DNA of 62,990 nt, filler included, from Octopus bimaculoides (taxonomy: Eukaryota), in NCBI RefSeq assembly GCF_001194135.2. It is 4 parts of 4 records of this genome, joined end to end, with 100 filler letters (N's around TTAATTAATTAA, not from the genome) between each part and the next. Parts side by side here need not be neighbours in the genome. Positions count along the whole stretch, not along the records: positions 43,493 to 59,733 come from NC_069009.1; positions 59,834 to 62,990 come from NC_068984.1; 2 more parts are not named here. One strand, written 5' to 3'. Shown here piece by piece: positions 50,425-62,589 of this stretch. The position numbers were made by a program, and so were the translations under genes. Numbering within the stretch: the stretch's first letter is position 1; every line of letters begins with the position of its first letter. The notes beneath the pieces were generated by a model, which was given only the letters and a program-made list of their open reading frames with translations, did no database searches and was not told where the DNA came from.

Positions 50425-51226
50425 TTTATTTTGATAATTTATGATTGTATTTCACTGCCCACATATTTATAACTTTTAAATGCCATCGCATTCTATAATG
50501 CTCTCTCTCCTTGTCTCGCTCTCTATGTCTCTATCTCTCTTTCACTGCATTCTCGCTTCCTCTCCAGCGGTGTACGTGATTGTTTTAGAATGTCTGTGAA
50601 TGTGAATGTGTGTATATTTGTAAGTGAACATGTGTCTGTGTGTATTAGTATATATGAGCGTGTGATGGTTCAAGCAGCAGATTTTATGTATGTGCATACA
50701 TATGTTTATGTTTTGCGTATGGGTGATTCAATATTCGTGTATCAACTTGTGGTTGCATTCCGGTCCGTATATTATTTACTCTCTTTAGCTCTGGATCAAT
50801 GCTGAATACTATCCCTCAATCTTGTAATTGTATATTTAAAGCTAATTTGCCGATATATAAATTTCTATAACCTTCCAAATCTTAATCATTTTCTTTCATT
50901 GTTTCCCTCAAAATATTTCCAGCTACCGTCAAAATTATCATTGCCATAACTTTCCTCATCAACGTCATTATCGTAAGCACCTCCAACACTACCACCACCA
51001 CAAATACCACCATCACCATCCCCTACCTCCTCTTCATTATGATGATCATCATCGTCATCACTGCCCCCCTGAGCATCATCATGAAAATCAACAGCACCCC
51101 CCTCCTCACGGACTCCGCTATATCATCATATACCCCACCACCAAAACCACCACCATCACAACCACCTCCATCACCATCACTAAGAACATCAACACCACCA
51201 TCATAACCATCACCACCATAGCCATC

Positions 51227-51280
<54 letters not shown>

Positions 51281-51402
51281 TTCGTCATCATCATCTCCAT
51301 CGTCTTCAGCGTCTGGATTTCTAAATTTTTATGCACTATATGTAATATTTTATCATGAATCGATTATGCACAAGTTTTTCACATCTCATTTTTTTTTAAC
51401 AG

Positions 51403-51474
51403 ATATTTGCAATACAATGACATCACTGAGATTGAAATAGGATGTTTTCAAAATCTTCCCAGTTTAAGGACTCT
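51403..51474 (+). CDS. LRR exon (YLQYNDITEIEIGCFQNLPSLRTL)
   Basis: ttttaacag acceptor, GTAAGT donor, 72 nt, phase 2-2, LRR consensus. Confidence 0.9.
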
Positions 51475-52289
51475 GTAAGTGGGATTATTTTTTGATTATT
51501 TTATTGACAAAATAATTCGAAACATTTCACATCTTTCCATCCTTTCTGTTTTCTCTCACTCTCCTTGATACACTATATATTCTCAGTCGCTTTCCATTGG
51601 AATATGCAATTCTTTGTGAATGTCTGGGAAAGTGTGTGGGCGCGTGTGTGTTTGTGTGGGCTAATGTATGTGTTTCTCATAATTCATGTACAGTAATCGA
51701 TCGACTAACGCGGGTGTTACGTTCGAAAACTACAGCGAGAAATGAAAATCCGCGAAGTAGAAACAGTACTGTACTGTATATATGTTTTATTATTTCTTAA
51801 TAATTTGTATATATTTGTCTTATAAATGCGAAACAACAACACAGAAAAATAGACGTAAGCTTAATAAAACGTGATAGGTGAACCGCGATATTGCGAGGAT
51901 TACTGAATTTGATTTTGTGTATGTATGTACATATATATTTATATGTCTGTGTCTGTTGGTATCAGGAAATGTGTACGAATGTATCGACTTGTGTTTGTAT
52001 ATCTTTTTGGATATCATTAATTGTGTTTACTTTTCATCAACGCTGTTTACTATTCATGACTCTTTGTTCTAATAGTATATTGAGAATTAAATTATTCATG
52101 TTTAAATTCTGCTACACCTTCCAACTCTTAGTAATTAATTTTACGCTTTTCTATTTCTTCATCATTTACACCTACAACACGAAATTTCCGTCTTCGTTTT
52201 CTGTAAGTCATTTCTTTTCCTTCTCCATGCCCCTCTACAACAACGTATTCCTCCTTTATTCCTCTAAAATGACAAAAGCTGAAACAACT

Positions 52290-52775
52290 GCAACACCAAC
52301 AAGGCCTTTGTAAACGCTTAAAAACTGCCCAGTAAAATGTCTAGTTAACTGTTTGACTAGGAGGAACAAATTCTATGTGGAAAATTTCTTCTGCACCATT
52401 GAAACTAACCAGCAACGTCTTGATGCTGAGCTTCGCTCCACGCGTGTTCGGGGCATGGTAACATCGAATGCTTTTATTGACTTAATTGCTGTTTCATTTC
52501 CGCGTCGTGGCCGTAACACCAGTAATCAATTTCGAAAATGGGTCCGGATCAACTTCCAACCGTTCTTTCAGTTCATGATTCATATTCACGCATGACGCTT
52601 TTTGATCTGTGAGCAAGCGAGGCACACATTTTGCTGCAACTCTTTTCATTCGCAATATCTCACTCAAAATTCGTCTGCAGGAGCTCCAACACACACCAAT
52701 CATATCAACAATTCTGTCAATTCTTCGGCGATGATCCTTCAAGATCAGTTCATGAATTTTTGTGATGTACGATAC
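52290..52775 (-). mobile_element. Mariner transposase remnant (HTH to first catalytic Asp region)
   Basis: RILSEILRMKRVAAKCVPRLLTDQK...DPFSKLITG and IEFVPPSQTVN. Confidence 0.9.
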
Positions 52776-52784
52776 AATTAAGAG

Positions 52785-52938
52785 GATATTTTTAGAACGC
52801 AGATTTGCCTTTAGAACAGCGGAAAACTGGGTAAATTACCTTTACAAAGCGGAAGCATTTGTCAACAGCTATGTAAGGGTAATTTACCGAGTATTTTTGC
52901 AGCAGTTCTAACAGCAACACTACGTTCTAAAATATATC
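52785..52938. repeat. Palindromic MITE-like hairpin
   Basis: gatatttttagaacg / cgttctaaaatatatc outer arms and ggtaaattacctttaca / tgtaagggtaatttacc inner arms. Confidence 0.75.
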
Positions 52939-55900
52939 ATCCTTTTTGTAGCGTACAATACGCGTTTTCACGCTTCTAATAAAAAAGCAAATATTTGTTT
53001 ATCTGCATTTATAAACACACAAACGCACACACAAATACGCGCGCGTTGAGACACGCAAACACACACACATATTTCAGCTGTTATTTCTAGCAGTGTAGGT
53101 GTTCTAACACACTCAGTCTTATTTAATGACATTTATTCTTTTCCTTTTAGGTGAAACCTGCTAACTAGCCGCTCCATCTAATTATTTGTAAACACGCTAG
53201 TGTTCGCTAAATCATCGATAAATTTTGTATGGAGTAAATATATATGCTTGTAGCGAGGATGTTCAGAGTAGGTAATCTGTGCCGACCATTCTGACGAAGC
53301 TTCGGCCTAAAGCTGAAGCCGTACGGTGAAGTGATATCAAGATTGCTACTTTCCTGCCATCCACAGCCGCTGATAGTATGCATGTATACAATTATATGTG
53401 CGTTGACAGTAGCAACAAAACCCTCCAGCTCTTATTTCTAGCGGCGTAGACGTTCTAACACCGTCAGTCACATGTAATGACATTTATTGTTTTCCTTTTT
53501 CGAGACACTCAGCTAACTAGCTGCCTCCTTTAAATATATTTGTATATATATAAAAGAGAGGATGTTTGTGTGTGTGTGTACGTGAATGTGGTTTATGCAC
53601 GTCCACAAATTAGCACGCATGTCGCTCCAATTTTAGGAGGTGATGTGTCATGACCTTATGTGCATTTTGGCCAATATTTTCTCTCAGAGGCACCCGCGTA
53701 TAGCTGCAAAAATCGATAAACTTTTACGAATTTTGAAGTTTGTTGACATGGCGAAGTCAAATCTGTGCGTACGCGCGTGAAGGCGAGAGAGAGAGAGAGA
53801 AATTGTATGTTTGTAAGAGGGAAGGTGAAGGAGAAATACATTTTGTTTGCCAGCGTCTGTGTGGTAGGCATGAAAGCAACAAGCAAAAAGAAAAAATACC
53901 TTCTCTGTCTCTCTCTATCTCTCTCCCTCCCGTACACACACATGCCAGTTATCTCTCTTTCTTTCTTTCTTTCTTTCTCACACACACACACCAACATTAC
54001 ACACAAAACAAATGTTGCCAAAAAGAAATACACTCTTTCTTTTTATAGTGAGTATGCCAGACAAAAAGTGTGGTGTGTATGTGAAGTTCTTTTGTTAGTG
54101 TGAGAGAGCAGCATGTGTGTATGTGTGTGATGTTGCTGTGTTTGTGAGACAGGGAGAGAGAGAAAGAAAGGAAGAAAGAGAGATATCTGGCATGTGTGTA
54201 AGGGAGGGAGAAAGATAGAGAGGCAGAGCGCGCTCTCTCTATCTCTTTCCCAACACTTTTTATGGAAACTGTCGAATTGATGTAAACAAACCCATGTGGT
54301 CTGATTTTCATGTTTCTAGGTATTGTACCGTAAATCGCCATTTCCAAAATATATTTATTTTAAATCATTTATCCGTATATATATATGTAACGCAAGATGT
54401 GTGTATGTGTTTTGTTGATATACGGGCAACACACACACATACACACATCCGAACATGTATGCGTACAAAAAATATGTATGCAATTGATGTACATACGTGC
54501 GTGTGTGTATGTGTGTGATGTTGCTGTGTTTGTGAGACAGGGAGAGAGAGAAAGAAAGGAAGAAAGAGAGATATCTGGCATGTGTGTANNNNNNNNNNNN
54601 NNNNNNNNNNNNNNNNNNNNNNNNNNNNNNNNNNNNNNNNNNNNNNNNNNNNNNNNNNNNNNNNNNNNNNNNNNNNNNNNNNNNNNNNNNNNNNNNNNNN
54701 NNNNNNNNNNNNNNNNNNNNNNNNNNNNNNNNNNNNNNNNNNNNNNNNNNNNNNNNNNNNNNNNNNNNNNNNNNNNNNNNNNNNNNNNNNNNNNNNNNNN
54801 NNNNNNNNNNNNNNNNNNNNNNNNNNNNNNNNNNNNNNNNNNNNNNNNNNNNNNNNNNNNNNNNNNNNNNNNNNNNNNNNNNNNNNNNNNNNNNNNNNNN
54901 NNNNNNNNNNNNNNNNNNNNNNNNNNNNNNNNNNNNNNNNNNNNNNNNNNNNNNNNNNNNNNNNNNNNNNNNNNNNNNNNNNNNNNNNNNNNNNNNNNNN
55001 NNNNNNNNNNNNNNNNNNNNNNNNNNNNNNNNNNNNNNNNNNNNNNNNNNNNNNNNNNNNNNNNNNNNNNNNNNNNNNNNNNNNNNNNNNNNNNNNNNNN
55101 NNNNNNNNNNNNNNNNNNNNNNNNNNNNNNNNNNNNNNNNNNNNNNNNNNNNNNNNNNNNNNNNNNNNNNNNNNNNNNNNNNNNNNNNNNNNNNNNNNNN
55201 NNNNNNNNNNNNNNNNNNNNNNNNNNNNNNNNNNNNNNNNNNNNNNNNNNNNNNNNNNNNNNNNNNNNNNNNNNNNNNNNNNNNNNNNNNNNNNNNNNNN
55301 NNNNNNNNNNNNNNNNNGATGGTGACGAACCCTGCTGTATTCTTTCACCACAACATTCTCTCACTCTTAATTCCTGTTTCTGTTGTGCCTGTAATTCAAA
55401 GGGTCAGCCTTGTCCCCCTGTGTCACGCTGAATATCCCCAAGAACTATGTTAAGGGCACATGTGTCTGTGGAGTGCTCAGCCACTTGCACGTTAATTTCA
55501 CGAGCAGGCTGTTCCGTTGATCGGATCAACTGGAACCCTGGACGTCGTAAGCGACGGAGTGCCAACACACATTATATATGAGACGTATTGTTATCTAGAA
55601 GACACAGATAGTGGCAGGTAACCTTAAGTAATTGCTACGGATAGACCGTAGACTCTTGGGTCGTTAGTGATACGAGTGAGAAGTCTAATGTGTGTCTTGC
55701 ATTATCATGCATATATTGGAAAAAATGAGACAACAAAGCCAAGGCTGTGAGGAGTTTTCAGGACATGTATAAAGGAAAAGATATAGATATAGATTTACAG
55801 CTGTTTCTGGGATATTATGGATATCCCTTCATCAGAGACGATGTGAGATGGTTAAATAGAAATGAATAAGAAAATGAAAGCAAAAATAAAGCGATAAATA

Positions 55901-56127
55901 TATGACGATATTGTAGTTCAGAATATATTGAAGTTGTATATATATATATATATATATATATATNNNNNNNNNNNNNNNNNNNNNNNNNNNNNNNNNNNNN
56001 NNNNNNNNNNNNNNNNNNNNNNNNNNNNNNNNNNNNNNNNNNNNNNNNNNNNNNNNNNNNNNNNNNNNNNNNNNNNNNNNNNNNNNNNNNNNNNNNNNNN
56101 NNNNNNNNNNNNNNNNNNNATATATAT

Positions 56128-56165
<38 letters not shown>

Positions 56166-56344
56166 AGAGAGGGAAAATAAAAACAAAGAAAATGCACACT
56201 AGTTTTTTTTATAGAAACAAAGATATATATATACAAAGAAATTATCTACGTACAAATAAATTATGGTGTATAAAAATCATTATCATGATGCAATATAGGA
56301 ATTCATACCGGTTTCGTCATTGCTGTTCACTGAATTTGAATCAA

Positions 56345-57490
56345 CGCCGTTTGAAAATCGGTGTTGATCTAATAGTACCTGCGTGAAAAGACTGCATGCA
56401 AGGGAGGTAAGCAGTTCTGAAAGTGAGGCTATTAGGTTAATATTATTAATAGAGTATTAATGGTGTATGGGATATTTGAGGATTAGTGGGATTATTGGTA
56501 TCAGTAAAGTTAGTAGCGTCCTGTATTAATTTGTGTGTTCATGTTAAGTTGTGGCTGACATTTATTAACGAATTTCCCAGTTTATTTAATATTTGCTACA
56601 TTGCGGCGTCCTGGGAACATTGATAAAAAGGGAAAAATCATGAAGTTTGTTTTAACGTTCCTAGCACACATATCTATGTGCTCATTGAGCTGTATCAGTC
56701 TAAGTTGTGGAAAGCGGATTTGTTCTTTGAGAAACGTTGTTCTTCGTGGTTTCTGCAACCTAAGCAGGTAATAACATAGATTAGGTTTTCAGGATTACAA
56801 GTGAAGTTTGATTTTATCTCAAATATTTCCCCATATTTGAAGTGAAATTTTGTATCCTCCAAAAGGTGGGGCATGTGCCAGAGTTAGGTCACCGCATTTT
56901 CCCACTTTTGGTTCCGTTGTTAACAGATACAGTCTTGCGCTGCTTAATATTTTTTTTTATGATTTCGGTTGCATTTTAGTTTCGATAATTTTGTGTGAGG
57001 ACAAAATTTCGTCCATTGTCCAGTGAGAATGGTTCGATTTTAGATGATGATGTTGAATTCCACAGTTATTCTTGGGTTATGTGTGGAGATGTATGAAAGT
57101 GCTTTTTAATTTGGTATAGTGTTTCGGTTATATAGACAGGTACAGGACAGGGAGCACATCGATAGATGTGCTAGGAGCTTTACACCAAACTACCTAATAT
57201 TCCCTTTTTATAAATGTTCTCAGAATACTTCAGTGTAGCAAAGACTAAATAAAGAGGCAACTTTCAATAATAAACATCAACCACAACTTAACATGAACAC
57301 ACAACTTAATACTCTGGACACTACAAACTTTACTAATACCAATAATCCCACTAATTCTCATACATCCTATATACCATTTATATTCTGTTAATCATATTAA
57401 CCTAACTGCATCACTTTCGGAATTGCTTCCCTCTCTTGCATGCAATCTTCTCACACAGATACTATTAGACCCAAATCCGGTTGGAAATCT
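56345..57490 (-). mobile_element. Penelope-like element (Neptune-like GIY-YIG) with inverted copy of its 3' end
   Basis: Minus strand: KCGD...FEIKSNFTCNPENLIYVITCLGC...EHIDMCARNVKTNFMIFPFYQC. Plus strand 57152-57490: EHIDRCARSFTPNYLIFPFYKC...KE.TF.NK.QPQLN. Confidence 0.85.
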
Positions 57491-58149
57491 GTATTGATTC
57501 AAAGTGAGTAAATAGCGATGACGAAACTGATATAACTTTCTATATTGATAATGATTTGTATACCTTTTAATTCCACTTCAAATAATTTATTTCTATGTAT
57601 ATACCTTTGTTTTTATAAGGAAAAAGCCATTACTTTTATACCTAGTGTGCATTTTCTTTGTTTCTTTAACTTTTCCCTATTTATACCACGTTTATTCTTT
57701 TCTCTTTCAAACCTGATTCTATTATATACATGTGCGAAAATAGAAGTTGAAAATACATTGAGAGTAGTTAAAATATCTTTAACATTAAGTTGTTTGTGGA
57801 CATATTGTTTTAATTTGTGACACATCATGCTTTTTGTTGAGCCCAAATCGCATTTGCGGACACATGGAAAATGAGCTACGACCAACTACTCTGCCTATGT
57901 GTTTGTGCATACCTGTCAATGCCATCTATACTATAAGGTCTGGAAAGCTAATTGAGGCTTTTTACGGGTATTATATTTATTTTTGGTTTCTATCTTCAAT
58001 TAATATTATTGTTATTATCATTAGTAGTAGGAGTAGTAGCATTAGTATAAATATGATTTATTATTATAATCAGTATTGTAACTAGAATAATCACTATAGA
58101 TGGCGTGTTGTATTTATTCACCTTAAACGTATTTTATCAAGTGTGGACA

Positions 58150-59510
58150 TCTTAGAGCCTATGTCCTGTCTTGTGCGTAAAGGAGTAAATTTTGTAGTGA
58201 AAATGTTGTACATTTCTTCCACAAAAAGCCACCCCTATCATCGCCTATTCTATAAGATTTTGCTTCAATAATTCCCAAGCAATCGAGTATATTTTGTTAC
58301 TATCTTTTAGTGTCCAATTCTTTTAGTGACAATTCTGTGGTTAATAGAACGTGAGCGAGCTCCTATATAGAAGTCCTCCGTATTCTCTGAGGTAACCTTA
58401 CATCTGGATACGTATATTTGTACCTACAATTAGAGTTAGCCGGACAGATCCTATCCCTTGCACAATCACATTTGATATTTCTACTAGCTTCTATTTTATT
58501 GGTTGTTAAACCATAGTTCCTATCCTGATACCTAGTTGAGTTACTTATGGTTCGTTCGATCATGTCGACATTGTTGCTATCTATCGATCTATAATTATTA
58601 TTGTTGTTATTACTTAGATGGAAAATGTTTAATGTACTAGCACTGTGTGCTGCTATAATTTGTGATAGAGCTTTACTATTAGAAAATGCTAGTCTACATC
58701 TATGGTTATTAAATATTATATAGTATTTACAGTCTTTTGAAAAATGCTTCGCCCGATACAGAATAAAACTGTTTTGGTATATTGGAAATGATTTGATTTC
58801 CGAAAGGAATTATATACCACTCGATATTGCTAGATGTATGCATGTATGTATGTTATTGTGGTATGTATTTCTATTTCTACCTAAGCTTTTTGTAGACGTG
58901 TGTAAGATATTTACCTGGTTTATATTTCGTCCTGGGTTTTATTTGATATTATATCTGTCAATTATTTGCATAGTAATCTTGGCGGAACTTATGTATTCGT
59001 TATCTCCCCTATCTGAATGGCACCTCTCGGCAGATCCATTCTTAACTGAGTCACTTATCTAATTTGGCACAAATTCATGTAAATTTATACGCTGCATCGT
59101 AGTTCAAGGTAATCTATTTTTAAATTGCCCTGACTGTCTATCTTTAACTCTTCCCACGGTTCGTTCTTGGTTGTTAATCGAGTTCGTCATATTATGCATT
59201 TTATTGGAGTTATTACTAGGACGGTTCATCCCATTACGTTTACTTTTTCTATTATTACTACCGGTAAAGTATTTTAGTTTTTCGCTATATCACGCCTTCT
59301 CTGCTGCTAAATTATAAAAGACCTCATTTCACTTTAAATATTTCCTACCTTAGAGATGAGTAATGTGGTTTGATATATTGTCTACTATAAATCAGTTTAT
59401 ACATTTTGGGTGGTTGTTATTTATATGAATTCTCTAAGGTTCCTATTAGACTTATGATATGGCATGCATATGCCTAAGCTTAGACCTAAATAAACGGCGA
59501 GATTCATGCT
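58150..59510 (-). mobile_element. Penelope-like remnant (RT C-terminus, linker and GIY-YIG; Naiad-like), copy C
   Basis: MPYHKSN, IHINNNHP, YSEKLKYF, NIEWYIIPF, KHFSKDCKYYIIFNN, KCDCARDRICPANSNC, EDFYIGARS, WTLKDSNKIYSIAWELLK and LRCPH occur in order. Confidence 0.8.
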
Positions 59511-59987
59511 CCTCTTCTACTGATATTGAAAGCCCTGTTAAAAAAAAAAACTTTTTCGTATGCATTCGGAAAAAAAATACCGCCACTTATTTCTGCTTGA
59601 GTGTGCGGAAGCCCCCATGTTGCAAGAAATAAGAGTTATAAACATTCTATGCTGTATGAAGCGCACAATATATACACACAGACAGGACAGATGACCACAC
59701 CATGAGGGAATATAAGATGCTGGACAAGACTCANNNNNNNNNNNNNNNNNNNNNNNNNNNNNNNNNNNNNNNNNNNNTTAATTAATTAANNNNNNNNNNN
59801 NNNNNNNNNNNNNNNNNNNNNNNNNNNNNNNNNTACACCACAGTTATTTTGTGATCTTTGCTACCTTGGTTTCTATTAACCCATTTATTCTATCAGAATT
59901 ATTATTTATTAGGATAGAATAAATACATATAATTAAATATATATATATATATATATGTGTGTGTGTCTGTGTGTGTGTGTGTATGCA

Positions 59988-61070
59988 CACTGAACCGTAA
60001 AAAAAAAAACGCGAGACATGTGTGACTGTGAATTATGTGTTAATTTCATTATGTCAAAGATAAATTTTGATAAATCTGATAAAGTCAATTTCTTGGATGC
60101 ACTTTGACCACACTCTATGGATTGTTGTCATGTGTTCTAGTAGTGGGTGGATCCAGCACACTGAGATTGTAGGGCATGACATGTTCGATACCATGTATGC
60201 CCACCCAGGGTGTTCAAAACAGCCATACACCATTGGTACATGGAGTGCATGAAGCAGTTCACAAAAGCTATGGCACCTGTGCCCACACCCTGAGGAGAAT
60301 TGTCCCCAGTTCCACATGAGTTGTTGGCCTTGGGGCCACTTGGTTCAGCTGTCTCTGGATTTCATTCCACAGGTGTTCAAATGGGTTTAAATCTGGGCTG
60401 AGAGCTGGCCATGGCATGGTTCTGATGTTGTGCTGGTGCAGGAAGTCCATGGTGACCCTGGCCATGTGGGAGGGAGCATTGTCCTGCTGGAACACGTTGC
60501 TATGGGTACACAATGTGAGGTCTTAGGATCTTGTCAACATAGTGCTGCACTGTGATGCCATTCCCTCTGCTTGCACCAACATTTTAGAACACTTGGGGCC
60601 CAATTCTCTGATTCAGGCTTATAGCATCCCAAACCATGATGCTTTGGCCACCCCACACATCTCTCTCCATGACACATATATCTCTGTAGCGTTTACCCCT
60701 CCTACGCCACACCCTCACTCTGCCATCCAAAGTGGAAATGCAGTACTGGCTCTCATCAGAGAAGACTATTGACCTCCATTGTTGATGCCACCAATGTTGG
60801 TGCTGTGTAACCCACTGTAGTCATGCCTGACAGAGGCAGGTGATGAAGACAGGATCTTGAGCAGGATGATGGTAACACAGGTTATTGGCAGCCAGTTAAC
60901 GTTGTACCATGTCATCGCTGATGGGTCGCTGTCCAGTACCAATAGTCTCGTGAGCTGTCATGCTGGCTGGTCTGAAGTGATTACAGAGGTACTGTAGGTG
61001 GATGAAGCAGTCCTGCCTGGGCGTGGTCACCGGGGGTGGTGGGAGCGCCCTTTGCAGTTGGTCTAGGGGG
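59988..61070 (-). mobile_element. Degenerate Tc1 (DD34E) transposon
   Basis: WSIVFSDES, RVWRRRGKRY, VFQQDNAPSH, WPALSPDLNPFEHLWNE; cactgaaccgt terminus at about 59988. Confidence 0.92.
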
Positions 61071-61099
61071 AGTTACTGCAGTCTTTTGATGACTTCGTC

Positions 61100-61520
61100 G
61101 GAGGACAAGGTGATCCACACTATACACTTCCTAGATATAATGAAAACCAATGGGTACCCTAGATCCATTGTAAGATGACCAACACACTGAACACATAGAA
61201 AACCCAGCAACACATGCTTCTTTAAAATACCCCATTTTAGCGTCAACGGGTAAATGTTGTGTATAGAATACAATGTAATAAATGCAACAAGTACTATGTG
61301 GGTAGCACAACAAGACAGTTACACATCCGCATCAGAGAACATCTGAACACGAGAGCCTCCTAACTCAGAAAACATTTAGACAGATGCCGGAACACTGACA
61401 ACTGAGGCCAATGAAAGAAATTTGGGTAATTTAAGAATTAAGGAAGCTATACTCATACACAGACTAGGGCCCCAAATTAACAACAGGCTGGAGGCTGGTA
61501 ATCAATACATTAATTAGCTA
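61100..61520 (+). mobile_element. Penelope-like remnant (Penelope/Poseidon-like GIY-YIG)
   Basis: MKTNGYP, NVVYRIQCNKCNKYYVGSTTRQLHIRIREH, LRIKEAILIHRLGPQIN. Confidence 0.88.
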
Positions 61521-62589
61521 CATCTGGATGCATGTCGGTTCATTTTGATAACATGCTCATGTCCTGTTTATAACAAAAAAAAAGAGAAAAAATAAAAGGG
61601 AAAAAAAAAAGGAAGCTGCATGTTTAATGCATAACTTAGAAGCAGCACTACGGATGTGCCAGCACACACGAGATTGAGACATGGCCGACCTCACGCACTT
61701 CTCATGAGGAATTCCAGAAGCTTCATGAGACTTCTGTGGAGACACTTCCAGAAAAAAAAAAAACAGAAAGCCATTAGAACACTGATTATAGCAGTGACTC
61801 CATCAATTCCTAGGGATGTATGAAGAAGGAATTTTTATTCCAAAATATCATATCAGACTATGGATGATTAAATTAAAAGTTATTATAGTCCATTGTTTGT
61901 ATTATAGTGCATTGTTGTGTCATTCAAAACATTTTATTCTTTACAAACAATACACAATGCTTCAAGCGAACTACAATACTCTCCTAAAGTGCTTTTTGTT
62001 TTGCAGCAATATAATACATTATTGGCTTCTTAACACTTTCTATTCCAGCAAAAGGATTTTATAGTGGTGTTCTCCAATAACATTTTTGTTATTCTTGGGG
62101 TATATTTATTCCATCCACTATTTAGATAAGAAATTGCAGACATGTTTATAATTATATCACTCTGGAATTTTGTGGTCTGGCAAGTTATATCAGTTAACCA
62201 GATCCTGTTGGTACAGAGATCAGGAATTCCAAGTTACGTAATCTTTTTTAGAAGAGATATTAATGTATTTTACAATCTAAAGAGAAACTGATTAATAAAC
62301 ACTTTGAACTCATGAGGTGTCACCCATAAGTTTGGGTGTAAACATACCTAATTCAATATACATATAAATTATTCATAATTCAACATCCTACAGCAAATTA
62401 CTTTTATATATAATTCTGATGAATCTGAATCATACAATTCTGATTCATTACAATGATATCTCAAGAATCAATAGTTGCATATATTATAGCAATATTCATG
62501 AGACTGAAATCAGATGAAACAATTGTAAATTAACATAATAAAAAGCTGTGATCACTCCACTCTTCTTGTTTATAATTGTAAAAACACTA

